DNA from: Octopus bimaculoides
Taxonomy: Eukaryota
Direction of reading: 5' to 3'
Length of the DNA: 64,000 bases
NCBI RefSeq assembly: GCF_001194135.2
Contig: NC_068989.1
Span: forward strand, 45,537,811-45,601,810
A program made the translations under genes and the position numbers. The notes below the pieces were generated by a model. That model searched no databases and had not been told where the DNA came from. It saw only the letters and a program-made list of their open reading frames with translations. Shown in pieces: positions 1-12,217 of this stretch. The stretch's first letter is position 1. Every line of letters starts with the position of its first letter.

Positions 1-169
1 GAAAAGTGCTGAATAGTTCTGACATAACTTTTTAGCAACTTTTTACTTACGGAAACAAGAATTATGAGGTTAATGCTGGTAATACTCATAATATGATTAA
101 TGTTCAGTTCGACCACTTGCAGCTTATACATTGAACTATATAAATTAAATCACATACGTCTGTACATGT

Positions 170-1129
170 ATGTATGTCATTGTTCAGTTTTATTTCAAGA
201 ATTCTTGCCAATTGAGCAAGAGTCGGTTTCTAACCTAGATTGAAGCCACCTTAATTGGAATTTCAGCATCAACAACAGGGGATATTTGTTTGTATGTACG
301 TACGTACGTGCGTATGTATGTATGTATGTATGTATGTATGTATGTATGTATGTATGTATGTATGTATGTATGTATGTATGTATGTATGTGTGTGTGCAGA
401 TTTGCATGTTTTGCATTATGTATGTATTCTCATACACACAGTTGCATATCTAGACATGCTCATATATATTTAAAGGATAAACTTCTTGATAGTTTTACAG
501 ATTTTTACAGTTCCAGTGATGGATTGGGTCTGTAGTCTTCAAATTAGCTTTCTCCTTTCTGGTTTCCAGAAACCTAATTTCTGAAGATTGTTATTTAGGC
601 AGTGTGTTACATATCCCAGGGCTCCAATAATTACAGGTAATCTGGATAGAGTAACTGCAGATTTATCAATACTTTAGCGTAGGTTTTTTTTTTCACTGAT
701 CTTCAGCTTTATGTTAACAGCTGTTAGGCAGCTAATTTCTACAACTGTGCACAGTTTCTCTTCTTTGTCTCAAATCATTATGTCAGGTCGGCTGTGCTTG
801 CATTTTATTGAGGTCTTCAGTGGGACATTCCACCAGAACTCCTTTTTATTATGAGTGGCTATGGTTTCTACCATACTGTGGGTTCTTATTTCTTTATCCT
901 CGGGTTTATCTTTCCGAAGGATTTCATTATAGAGTATCCTACCTACAACATCATGCCTCATTGGTAGATAACACCGTGATGACATTTTCGGACACCTGCA
1001 TATGATGCGGATGATACCTTCGGTGCTAACTCCACAAAGTCTGCATCGGTTGTCACAATTTACTGCATTTCCTGTATCTCTGTCCCTTTTGTACATCAGG
1101 TACTTGGTTGATATTTCCTGTTCCTGGAT
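170..1129 (-). mobile_element. 5'-truncated non-LTR retrotransposon with restriction-like endonuclease (R4/Dong-like RLE group), family 1; C-terminal ORF part plus 3' UTR containing a (CATA)n tract
   Basis: Minus strand reads IQEQEISTKYL...CRLCG..TE.I.RII..C....RHD..(CCHC-type knuckle region)...SRPDIMI*DKEEKLCTVVEISC...PVIIGALG (PD-(D/E)xK RLE layout), with a stop at 770 and frameshifts downstream. The (TATG)n tract is at about 290-390. The lower boundary is uncertain (170 or 297). Confidence 0.85.
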
Positions 1130-1514
1130 TTCTTGCCAATTGAGAAAGAGTCGGTTTCTAACCAAGATTGAAGACTTCTTTATTGGAATTTCAACATCAA
1201 CAACAGGGGATTTTTGCTTGTATGCATTTTGCCCGGAGAAGGCCCCTTTATGAGGTCGAGCGGTAAGAATTACTATACACATTACAACCAGGCGAAATGA
1301 TACATTAACAGGAAGTTGGATGTCCGATATTTCGCTGTTATCTCAGCTCATTGGCCCTTTTGCTCGAGTCAAGTTGGAAATGATTTTGAATCGCCACTCG
1401 TCTGAGGTACATACAAATCTATTTGCTGATGTCCAACAAGGCCGCACAAAGAAATTAAAGATAAACTTGAACTTAGAAGTAGATCTATTCATGTAAATAT
1501 TATTTCTGTCTACT

Positions 1515-1717
1515 AAAAGTACAAGGCATGAAATTTTAGTAGAATGTGATAGTCGGTTACGCTGACCCCAGTGCCCAACTTAGTACTTATTCTATCGATC
1601 TCGAAAGCATGAAAAGCAAAGTCAATCTTAGCGGAATTTGAACTCAAAATGTAAAGATTGACGAAATACGCTAAGAATTTTCCCCATGCGCTAACGCTCC
1701 TGCTAGCTCGCCGCCTT
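1515..1717 (-). mobile_element. SINE family A copy (head GGCGGCGAGCT..., B-box-like GAGTTCAAAT)
   Basis: Reverse complement matches the other family A copies in this window (2180, 42988, 56336). Confidence 0.8.
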
Positions 1718-1730
1718 ACCTCGTCGCTTT

Positions 1731-1912
1731 TAATAATCCTTTGCACTATAGGCCTAAGACTTGAATATTTGGGTGGTTTTTCAGTTGATTACATCGAATC
1801 CAGCACACAACTGATACTTGTTTTATCGTTGGCCTCGGTGAAATTTGAACTCAGAACACGAAGACAGACGAAATACCGCTAAGCATTTCGTCCGGTGTGC
1901 CAGCTCGCCGCC
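1731..1912 (-). mobile_element. SINE family A copy, internally deleted, tandem with the previous copy
   Basis: Shared head and tail motifs; the central GCCTTTCATCC segment is missing. Confidence 0.75.
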
Positions 1913-2179
1913 CTATCACCGCCTTCAATAATGTAACATAAACATTGTTGTTAAGACATAAGTAATGTATGCTGTTTGTTCAAACGCGTCATCGCTCCGT
2001 ACCTGAATGTGAAACGTGGTTATCGATATTTCGGTGTTATTTTCAGCTCATCAGCACTATATATTCGAGTGACATACGAAACGAAATTCGAATCTCTTTT
2101 GGACTGGAAAACACTTAAACAAAACAGATACATTAATACGTGATATCAATAACGCTTACAATAATAGAGGTGCTCCTTT

Positions 2180-2400
2180 AAGGCGCCAAACTGGCAGAAC
2201 CGTTAGCACGTGAAGCAAAATGTTTAACGGTATTTCGTCCGTGTTCGCGTTCTGAGTTCAAATACCGCCGAGGTCGAATTTGCCTTTCATCCTGTCGTGG
2301 TCGATAAAATATGTACCGAATGAGCACCGGGGTTGATGTAGCCGACTTACTCCTGCCCCGAATTTGGTAATCTTGTGCCAAAATACGAAATTAATAATAG
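2180..2400 (+). mobile_element. SINE family A copy
   Basis: ctggcagaaccgttagcacg...gttctgagttcaaataccgccgaggtcgaatttgcctttcatcc...gtcgataaaat. Confidence 0.85.
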
Positions 2401-2738
2401 AAGCGCTTCTAATTCAAAATTTAACACGCGCGCACGCGCACAATCACACATACACACGCACATACACACATGTATATATTGGTACATTGTAATGGTCTTG
2501 CCTTCTTTCTGTTATCTTAGAGTTACACCATAAATTAATTTATATTTTAACTTCTGTTCCTTAATCTGTGTCTTAGATAATTAATACAGTCACTTCCTTG
2601 TTATACATTCCCATCTGAACTTTAAACTCTACTAGCTGAAATTAGTAGGCTATATCCTAGTTAACTCAGTTTAAATAACACATGATGAGTCTGGAGATTT
2701 ACGTAATACGATATAATCTGTTATAACTACATTAAATA

Positions 2739-2777
<39 letters not shown>

Positions 2778-4327
2778 GTTTCTATGTTTAGATTTAATCT
2801 TTAAAAATACATTATTCCGAAAGGTTACAAATTTATTATTCTTAAACAAGGATATTTTTGTTGTTGTCTATAAGAATGTGAGAAATATGTAAGCAAAAAG
2901 TAGATGGTTAGGTTGCTGTTGCAATTGGAATTCATACTCTAGAAGTTAACTTGACTGGCTGCCTGAGCAACAAAAGCAACATCAACAACACCAGCAACAC
3001 CAACAAAAACGACAACAACGACAAGCCCAATCAGTGGTGACGTGGCAACTATATGGTCATTGTGTATGCTAGAAATAACAATAAACATCACCATGAAAAT
3101 CACATTCCTCTGCCTTAGAATGAAAAGATGCGTTGCATTATCCAGTTTTAGTTGTTCGATGTATTTTCAAAAATACGACAGGAAGCTCACGGCTGGAAGT
3201 CTATTGATCGTGTGTTAAGTAGATAAGACATGACTCGAGGTTAAATACCAGCAAGAATTCCAGCAAAATTAGCGCGACATGGTCATTTAAAAACCACTGA
3301 ATTTTCTTCAATAGAAATACGAACAGCCAATCCAAAACGGCTCCGTGAATAAACAGCGACTAAAATAGTGCATATATTCGCAGCAGGCATTATTATGTTA
3401 TCGATTGTTGTAATAGAATTCATTGGCAATGATTTGAAAGTTGAATAAAGTCTTTAATACCAAGCTAATAAAAGCTGCTTTTAGCAATTTTCTTTACTGG
3501 CTACGCTTTAGTCGAAGTAGGAGCTCCATGCACAGGCTTCTTAGGCACAGAATTTCGTGAAATTGGCAATGATGGTCACAAGAATCAGGAGAAATGGTCC
3601 CAAATTAAACCTGATTCTTCATTCTTATAGGATCACATTTTTGTAATAGGATCAAGCCTATTAACGGTGAAAATGCACCAGTTGTTGGGCAAAGCTTAAG
3701 CTACAAGTAGCAAGTAGCTTTTCCTGAGCTTGTGTTTTAAGTTTATAGATCTGCTCTATAGATATCATAAGACTTTTAGATCTGATTTTAGATCATTGAC
3801 AGTTCATAAAATGCAGTGGGATCAAATAAGAGCATGCTACCAAGGGATTAACGCTAGGCACGTTAGTAAATGATTTAGATAAGTTAGTAGATGCCTCAAA
3901 GGACAAGGACTAGTATCAGCTTGGGGTCAAATACATGGTAGCCACTTGTAAGTTTTTCTCGATTCTGAAGGATGAAAAAAATATATTGGCCCTCATTATC
4001 GTGATTTGAACGCAGAACGTACAGAGCTCCAGAAAATGCCGCATGCCCATTTTTCAGACGCTCTTACAATTCCACGATAGACTGCTCAACATGATATACT
4101 AACCAAGGAAAAATATTTTAAAAAATGCAGAGCTTAGTTGAGGAAATGTAGACCTGAAGAAGTAGGCGGAAATAGATGTCTCTGTATTTAACACCTTCTC
4201 TCAACCACTTTCCGTTTCTCTCTTCCCACACACATACCCAACACGCTACATACGCATTCACACACACAACACACATATACAAACTCACACACACATCACA
4301 TACTATACTCACAATGATTTTCATTGA

Positions 4328-4369
<42 letters not shown>

Positions 4370-5103
4370 CACCTGTGTTTGTGTTTACATCTGTGTGTGT
4401 GTTTGTACATGTGTGTGTGTGCGTTTATGTGTGTGTATGTGTGTGTATTTGTGTGTGCGTGTGTAATGACAACGCTAATCAATTTGAAATAACCGTACAT
4501 CAGTTTCCCAAGAGTTTACATTGAACATAATGAAACATTTAGAACTCTCGAAACTGAAAATCCCATTTAGCTATTTGCATTTGACTATTTGTTTGTGTGC
4601 ATGTATATGTCCTTTCTAGGCGTATATATCTGTGTAAATCACTATGGTGTGTATCGAGTCTCTGTGTTAGAATAAGTCTGTATAATATTTATATTCTTAC
4701 GTATACAACTGACTTAAATACAAGTTCGTCTTCCTTGTACGTTACGCTTAAAGGGAAAAAGTAATTATTCTTTCGCACCAATAAACATTCAGAGACTATA
4801 TATTTCTAAGGCAGTCTCGAAGACGACAACTAAGCTGGATTTAACAAATACGATTTAAAAGAAGAAAAATATTTCATAGCTGTGGATTTCCTATCATGAA
4901 ATTAGGTGAATGACGCTCCTGGAAAGGAAATAAATTTAGCTGCAGACTCCATTATATCATGACGACAGTATGGCTATCGTGTACGTCAACAGAGCACAGT
5001 TAATTGAAGTTTTTGCTTTCTGAATCATTGGTTAGTCCGTTTAAGAGAGAAGTAATTCAATAATAATAATAATAATAATAATCCTTTCTAATAAATTCCC
5101 TGC

Positions 5104-5191
5104 TGGAATTTGAACTCAGACCGTAAAGACGGGCGAAATACCGCTAAGCATTTTGCACGGTGTGCTAACGATTCTGCTAGCTCGCCGCCTT
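5104..5191 (-). mobile_element. SINE family A head fragment
   Basis: gaatttgaactcag...ccgctaagcattt...gctaacgattctgctagctcgccgcc. Confidence 0.75.
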
Positions 5192-5215
5192 AATACTAAT
5201 GACAATAACATTAAT

Positions 5216-5676
5216 AGGGCTACACCAAATATTCTGATGAATACCACAGATTTGCATGTCAGTTGTTTGACTTTAGACAGCTGAACACATCCCTTGCTGT
5301 CTGACGATATGTGCATCTCTGATCACGAATAGAAGTAGTGGAGTATCATAGCCATATATTGAGAGGATTTATTTGCGGTTTGAATAATTCACCTTTAGAA
5401 ACATGGATGTTTCGTTCAACATCCTTAAACAACCCTTATTCAGGGATCTTTTGTGTGGGATGATGTACTCGACCTGAAGAAAATTCTAACTGGGCCCCAC
5501 CTGCGAGGTCATGTTGTATTTATCTTCACATTAGATCAATATGTCGCGCTTATATGGTTGTAACGCATGTGCCTGGTGTACCCTTATCAGACGGGTAATC
5601 ATGATGAGTATATTGGACTTCGCATATTTGTACTCCGGTGTCACTTTGATGGCATGCTCTGCTCTCTCACTCAATG

Positions 5677-5756
<80 letters not shown>

Positions 5757-5765
5757 AATAATAAT
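5216..5765 (+). mobile_element. Non-coding interspersed repeat (SINE-like, family C) ending in a long (AAT)n tail
   Basis: About 455 bp of complex non-coding sequence starting and ending in AAT-rich context; tail 5672-5765. Family identity is recalled, not shown by a second copy in this window. Confidence 0.5.
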
Positions 5766-5766
5766 A

Positions 5767-5871
5767 CAATACAGTAAACATAAGAGCACCACAGCAAACC
5801 ACAGCACATACCCAAGGCGCACAGAGCTGCGCTCGGTAGTGAAGTGAAAGCACGTTATAAAAATAAAACTA

Positions 5872-5938
<67 letters not shown>
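5767..5938 (+). mobile_element. 3' end (stop codon, UTR, (AAT)n tail) of RLE LINE family 2
   Basis: 5767-5875 matches 6985-7093 with 5 mismatches in about 109 bp; flanked by (AAT)n on both sides. Confidence 0.85.
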
Positions 5939-6645
5939 NNNNNNNNNNNNNNNNNNNNNNNNNNNNNNNNNNNNNNNNNNNNNNNNNNNNNNNNNNNNNN
6001 NNNNNNNNNNNNNNNNNNNNNNNNNNNNNNNNNNNNNNNNNNNNNNNNNNNNNNNNNNNNNNNNNNNNNNNNNNNNNNNNNNNNNNNNNNNNNNNNNNNN
6101 NNNNNNNNNNNNNNNNNNNNNNNNNNNNNNNNNNNNNNNNNNNNNNNNNNNNNNNNNNNNNNNNNNNNNNNNNNNNNNNNNNNNNNNNNNNNNNNNNNNN
6201 NNNNNNNNNNNNNNNNNNNNNNNNNNNNNNNNNNNNNNNNNNNNNNNNNNNNNNNNNNNNNNNNNNNNNNNNNNNNNNNNNNNNNNNNNNNNNNNNNNNN
6301 NNNNNNNNNNNNNNNNNNNNNNNNNNNNNNNNNNNNNNNNNNNNNNNNNNNNNNNNNNNNNNNNNNNNNNNNNNNNNNNNNNNNNNNNNNNNNNNNNNNN
6401 NNNNNNNNNNNNNNNNNNNNNNNNNNNNNNNNNNNNNNNNNNNNNNNNNNNNNNNNNNNNNNNNNNNNNNNNNNNNNNNNNNNNNNNNNNNNNNNNNNNN
6501 NNNNNNNNNNNNNNNNNNNNNNNNNNNNNNNNNNNNNNNNNNNNNNNNNNNNNNNNNNNNNNNNNNNNNNNNNNNNNNNNNNNNNNNNNNNNNNNNNNNN
6601 NNNNNNNNNNNNNNNNNNNNNNNNNNNNNNNNNNNNNNNNNNNNN

Positions 6646-6675
<30 letters not shown>

Positions 6676-6679
<4 letters not shown>

Positions 6680-7089
6680 GGCCAGAGGTAGTTGTCAGAG
6701 ATCATGAAGAAAAAAATGTTTTCTAATTGATGCATCAATACCAACAGATGACAACGTTTCTCTAAAAGAAATGGAGAAACTTTCAAAATACAATGACCTG
6801 GAAATAGAGGTAACTCGAATATGGAATCTAAAAACAGAAACAATTCCTATCATAGTAGGCGCCTTAGGTATGATAAAAAAATATTCAGAGAAATACATAA
6901 GAAAAACACCAGGACTTACAAGTATACATAACATACAAAAAATTGCACTACTGGGCACTGCACACATCCTACGCAAAACACTTTCAATACAGTAACCATA
7001 AGAGCATCACAGCAAACCACAGCACATACCCAAGGCACACAGAGCTGCGCTCGGTAGTGAAATGAAAGCACGCTATAAAAATAAAACTA

Positions 7090-7187
<98 letters not shown>

Positions 7188-7190
7188 TAA
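6676..7190 (+). mobile_element. 5'-truncated Dong/R4-like RLE LINE (family 2) inserted in (AAT)n
   Basis: NRPEVVVRDHEEK / KCFLIDASIPTDDNVSLKEMEKLSKYNDLEIEVTRIWNLKTETIPIIVGALG...LGTAHILRKTLSIQ* (one frameshift); 3' UTR then (AAT)n at 7093-7190. Dong elements are known to target TAA repeats. Confidence 0.9.
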
Positions 7191-7785
7191 CAATATACAC
7201 ATGGAGAGATTCATACAGTATATATTATGCGTGTGTGTGTGTTTGTGTGTAGGTGTTTGTGTGTGTGCTTGTGTTTCTTACTAAGGTGTGGAGGTTAACA
7301 ACACAACACAGGGTGTCTGTTGTTTCCAGAGAATCCAAATATTTTCCCAGTAGTTTTGTTTTCAAGCAAATTTCCTTCTTAGATCCCATTCTTCGTTAGG
7401 AACGCATTCAGAAAAATAAAGATGTTTACTTCATGACTTTTGTCTGTGTCTTCATAATCATATGTTGTTTGGGATTAATATGAAAATGATATTTATCTAG
7501 CTTTATATAAATTGTAAAGATGAACACATAACACTTCCTCCCCATGCTATAAATATAAATGATAATATACATCTAGATATTTTCAATGCATTTCACTGAA
7601 TTAATTAATTCATCGTCGATGAAATCCCATGAGGGAATTTTTAGTACTCCTATTGTCTCCTCCGTTACTCTCCTAATAGATATTGTATATTAAGTGAAGT
7701 TATTTATGTCTATTTATTTACATATTCTATTGGCTAAAATACTAGGAAATAATTTGTAGTACAGGGTAATATCGAAACCAAATTC

Positions 7786-7938
7786 TATGTATGCATGTAC
7801 GTACGTACGTCTGTATGTATGTATGTATGTATGTATGTATACGGGCAGATTTGTATGTTTTATGTATGTATTTTCAATCATATAGTTGCATATCTAGACA
7901 TGTTCATATATAGTTAAATTATAAACTTCTGGAAAGTT
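7786..7938 (-). mobile_element. 3' UTR fragment of RLE LINE family 1 embedded in (TATG)n
   Basis: 7845-7938 aligns to about 395-493 (gcagatttg.atgtttt...gttgcatatctagacatg.tcatatat...ataaacttct.ga.agtt). Confidence 0.75.
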
Positions 7939-8019
7939 ATGTATGTACGTATGTATGTATGTAAGTATGTATGTATGTATGTATGTATTTATTTATTTAT
8001 CTACCCATCTATCTATCTA

Positions 8020-8080
<61 letters not shown>

Positions 8081-8321
8081 GTTAATCATTCAATCAAAGA
8101 AAATGTTTTTTGTATTTATCATTATTTTCCTATGTGGAAGAAGGCTTAGAAACATTCATTCCGCTTCTATTTTCGATGTAAGCTTTTATACTGTACGACT
8201 GATCCTCTATATTTTTATTTTTATTGTTTGAAATTTCGTATTAATGATTCCGTAGTAACAATTTCGGCACACTTTCTACATATAAAGTAATTTGTAGCTT
8301 GATGGATAATAATATTCAGTT

Positions 8322-8516
8322 CAAATTTTGACACAAGTTCAGCAATTTCGGGGGAAGGATTTCGTCGATTACATCGACGCCAGTGTTCAACTCGTACTTA
8401 TTTTAGCGACTCCTAAAGGATGAAAGGTAAAGTCGACTCCGACGCCATTCGAACTCAGAAAGAATGCCACTACGCATTTTTCCCAGTGCAGTGACAATTC
8501 TGCCACTTCGCCGCCG
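8322..8516 (-). mobile_element. SINE family A copy
   Basis: gtacttatttt...aaaggatgaaaggtaaagtcgactc...gaactcaga...cttcgccgcc. Confidence 0.75.
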
Positions 8517-8555
8517 GTTTATGTCTAGTAATGTTGATATAGCTTACATAATATA

Positions 8556-8716
8556 ATTTTTTCTACTATAGGCACAAAACCTGCAGTTTGGGGGATGGGA
8601 ATAATCGATTACACCGATACAAGTATTCAACTGGTACTTATTTTATAAACTCTGAAAGGATGAAAAGCAAAGTCGACCTCGGTGAAATTTGAGCTCATAA
8701 CATGAAAGCAGACGGC
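8556..8716 (-). mobile_element. SINE family A copy (head truncated)
   Basis: ctactataggcacaa...ctggtacttattttat...gaaaggatgaaaagcaaagtcgacctcgg. Confidence 0.75.
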
Positions 8717-9440
8717 TTACATAATATAATGGAATTAAAAGAACGTTACTTTCTTTTTTAATTTCTGTACTTTCGGAAATAATATAACTGCTACACAGGA
8801 TTTATGAAAGGACCAGAGCAAACTGTACCGTGTATCAAGGCAAAACTGAGTGTACCTTATATATTTTTTTTTTGTTCACGCTAATAAAGCAACGAGACTT
8901 TAATTTCGTTTGTGATTTCGTCAATTCTTTTTAGAAATTAGCGTAATATTAAAGTTGATGTTTCATTCACGGATGAAATGTGAAACAAGGTGAGTATATA
9001 CATTAATACACTGACACACAGTCACAAATAGAAAAACACACGCAAACACATATATGTATGCGCGTGTGTGTGTTTGTGCGGGCGCATACATACTGACGTA
9101 CGCATTTATGATGATTTTATTGGCGTTGAAAACACTGAACCTAAATAAGTGATATTCGCATTTATACATTCTTACTTAAAAATAATAACATCAAAAGCAC
9201 TCTTTGATATTATTATCCCGATATGTCAAGTATATCAATTCGTAACTAATCAACTTACAATTTCCGGCTGCGATAATGGTGGCATATTCATAGTATGAAC
9301 CAAAAGGAATATAAATTTTCTTCGCATATTGCAGTATGTTCCAATGCTCCATAGATTTGCTGCACTGTCTCGCAAAATATTTATGAAACACATTCCTTAC
9401 ATCAAGAACTCATGTAACACAATATTCTTAAGACTTCTAG

Positions 9441-9660
9441 GGCGGCGATCTGGCAGAATCGTTGGCATACTGCGCAACATGCTAAGTGGCATTTCGTCCA
9501 TCTTTACGTTATGAGTTCAAATTCTGCCGAGGTTGACTTCGTTTTCCATACTTTCGAGTTCAATAAAATACGTACCACTTAAAAACTGGTGTCGGTCTCA
9601 TCGTCTTATCTCTTAAACCAAAATTGCTGGCCTTGTGCCAAATTTTGAAACCAATATTTT
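9441..9660 (+). mobile_element. SINE family A copy (first of a head-to-tail dimer)
   Basis: ggcggcgatctggcagaatcgttg...gagttcaaattctgccgaggttgactt...gctggccttgtgccaaattttgaaaccaatatt. Confidence 0.8.
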
Positions 9661-9672
9661 TAATACTTCTAG

Positions 9673-9911
9673 GGCGGCAAGTTGGCAGGATCGTTAGCAT
9701 GCAAGGTAAAATGATTTACGGCATTTCTTTCACTTTAGCTAGATTTCGTTCGTCTTTACGTTCTGAGTTCAAAATTCATCGAGGATTACTTCGCCTTTCA
9801 TTCGTTAGAGGTCGGTAAAATAAATACCAGTGGAACACTGACGTCGATGTAATGGACTTATCTCTTCCTCCGAAATTTCTGGCCTTGAGTCAAAATCTGA
9901 AATCGATATTT
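9673..9911 (+). mobile_element. SINE family A copy (second of the dimer)
   Basis: ggcggcaagttggcaggatcgttagc...gttctgagttcaaa...gcctttcattc...ctggccttgagtcaaaatctgaaatcgatatt. Confidence 0.8.
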
Positions 9912-11419
9912 TTAACACTTCTGTGTCCAGTGAGTCTCAGTATTCCAATAGTATCTTCTAGAACGGTACAAACCAGCCACCAGTAAACAATGACACCTAC
10001 GCATATCCCTTTGCAGGGTTTCCTCAACGGTTGTCTAAAATCTCCCCAGCAAGAAATTGACAAATGATTTATCATCTATACAAAACCTAACGAGTTCCAA
10101 AATTGTCTCTGAAAACAATTGTTACGGCTATAATTCTTAGTATTCTATTCAATTTTACACGCAGCGTAACTGAAAACCGTTTCCTGCTCTTATATCTTAT
10201 CACCATTTATTTCAATATCTCATCACCTACATGCTGGGGCACTTCGTTAAAGAATTTAATCCAACAAATAATCGTTCCCAAAATTGATGGTAAAGTTTGG
10301 TGTCTATTCTATTGCTATTCATTTCGCCGAGGGGCTACATCACAAATACGTAAATATATTATATGTAAAACAGTAGGAAGAATGAATCTCAAACTACATT
10401 GTTGCGAAGTGACCCTTTAAACATTCCTGCTCTTCTCTCTCTCTCGCTCTCTCTCCCCTCCCCTCTTACCCTCTCCCTCCCCGCCTCCCTCTCTCTCCTC
10501 TCCCTTCCTCCCTCTCTCTCTATTTCTGTCTGTATATATATATGTTTATATATATATGTGTGTCTGTGTATGTATGTATATATGTATGTATGTATGTATA
10601 AATCTCTCACACACATTAGCATTTATATGACTGTGCTAGTATCTCTGTGCCTCTCTGTTTAAGGATATAAAGGAATTATTATTATTATTCATTAACTGAA
10701 TGATGAGCTTTCACTTTTCTCTAGTTTATTTTAGACCCTTTCCAGTACCAAATGGAAATTTAATTTACATTAGTTACATTTGAAACAAAATCCACTCGTC
10801 TCCTGGGTTTTTCCCCGGTGTTAATTATATACATATAAATTATTAGTACTCGATTTTTTTTGTCTTTTTGAAACTTTTCTAGCTGAATTTTGCAGTGGAT
10901 TCTTTAAATTCATTTTACTTGTTTATAGCAGTAAACATCAACTTAGTTTGTAAAGTGTTGTTTTTCTGGCTACCATTAACTATAAAGGCTCTTGAAAGTG
11001 TCCGATGTATGTTTGCTGAATTTAAGAGTCAATTCCTTGAATTATTTTGAGTCTTTTGAGGCGGTAAACATCAACTTCATTTGTAAACTGTCGTTTTGCA
11101 GGCAGTGTGCATGTGCTGCTATAAACTATAAAGTCTGCCGAAATCATTCAATGTATGTTAGCCACAGCTCAGCGTTCAGGGAAAATTGGTTTTTTTTTCT
11201 GTATGTTCCATCTTACTAAGTGAGTAATTCGGGGGTCAGCAGATAACTATTCAAATTCCTCACAGTTAAAGTAATCATTCAGGAAAATTATCAAAAACAG
11301 AAAGCAGTTATTTCGTTAGTCTTTAAGCAAAATCTTTAGTCTTTCGTCATGTCCTTGACTTTCAGTTATAATGATGTATTCCCTTTCGCGACTTCATTAG
11401 TTGAAGGGACAATTTCATA

Positions 11420-11540
11420 AGAATATTCGTGTGTATTACTATAAGTGGTCACTTAATCCAATGTCTTTCGACATGACTTAGGTTCATTGGAACGTAGGTT
11501 AAGACCGCGAATTTACAGACACCTGAGAGGAATTTTGCTG
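11420..11540 (+). mobile_element. Possible decayed GIY-YIG endonuclease remnant (Penelope-like)
   Basis: Frameshifted peptides VV.LIQCLS and LGSLERRLRPRIYRHLRG resemble the NVIYLI.C...YVG.T.R.L..RI.EH motif. Short and degenerate. Confidence 0.3.
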
Positions 11541-11907
11541 ACTTCACACATGATCATCGCGTATCCTGTTAAATCAATTGGAATCGACTGTACTTCTGGT
11601 ATCCAGCTTTTACTATTATATTCATCTGATTCTATTGTTTCCTTGTATGGTATATAGGCCATTTCTTTAACGGATCAAATAAATAAATTCATATATTATT
11701 TATATTGCGTCTGTGTTGCTAATTAGTTTCTGTGCGCGCGTGTGTTTGTGCTTTTGTGTCATAAGTATTTTATAAAATTCCGAGAAAACATGGACAAAAA
11801 CATGTTTGGTATATCTCGATGCGCGCGCAAACACGTGCGAGGGCAATCTTCTACTTTTCATTCCAAAAGGAGGTTTTAACCTAAAATTTACATCCTATTA
11901 TTCACAG

Positions 11908-11948
<41 letters not shown>

Positions 11949-12144
11949 TACATACATATATATATATATATATAAATACATATACACACACATAAATATG
12001 TGCACACATGCACATGTACATATATGTGTGTGAGTATGTGAGTGTGTATTTGTGTACATAGGTACATGCACACATATGTATGACATGGGTAAATAGGGCC
12101 AAGCCCATTGCAATTTAATATCAATATGCATGTACAGAGAAAAC

Positions 12145-12149
<5 letters not shown>

Positions 12150-12217
<68 letters not shown>

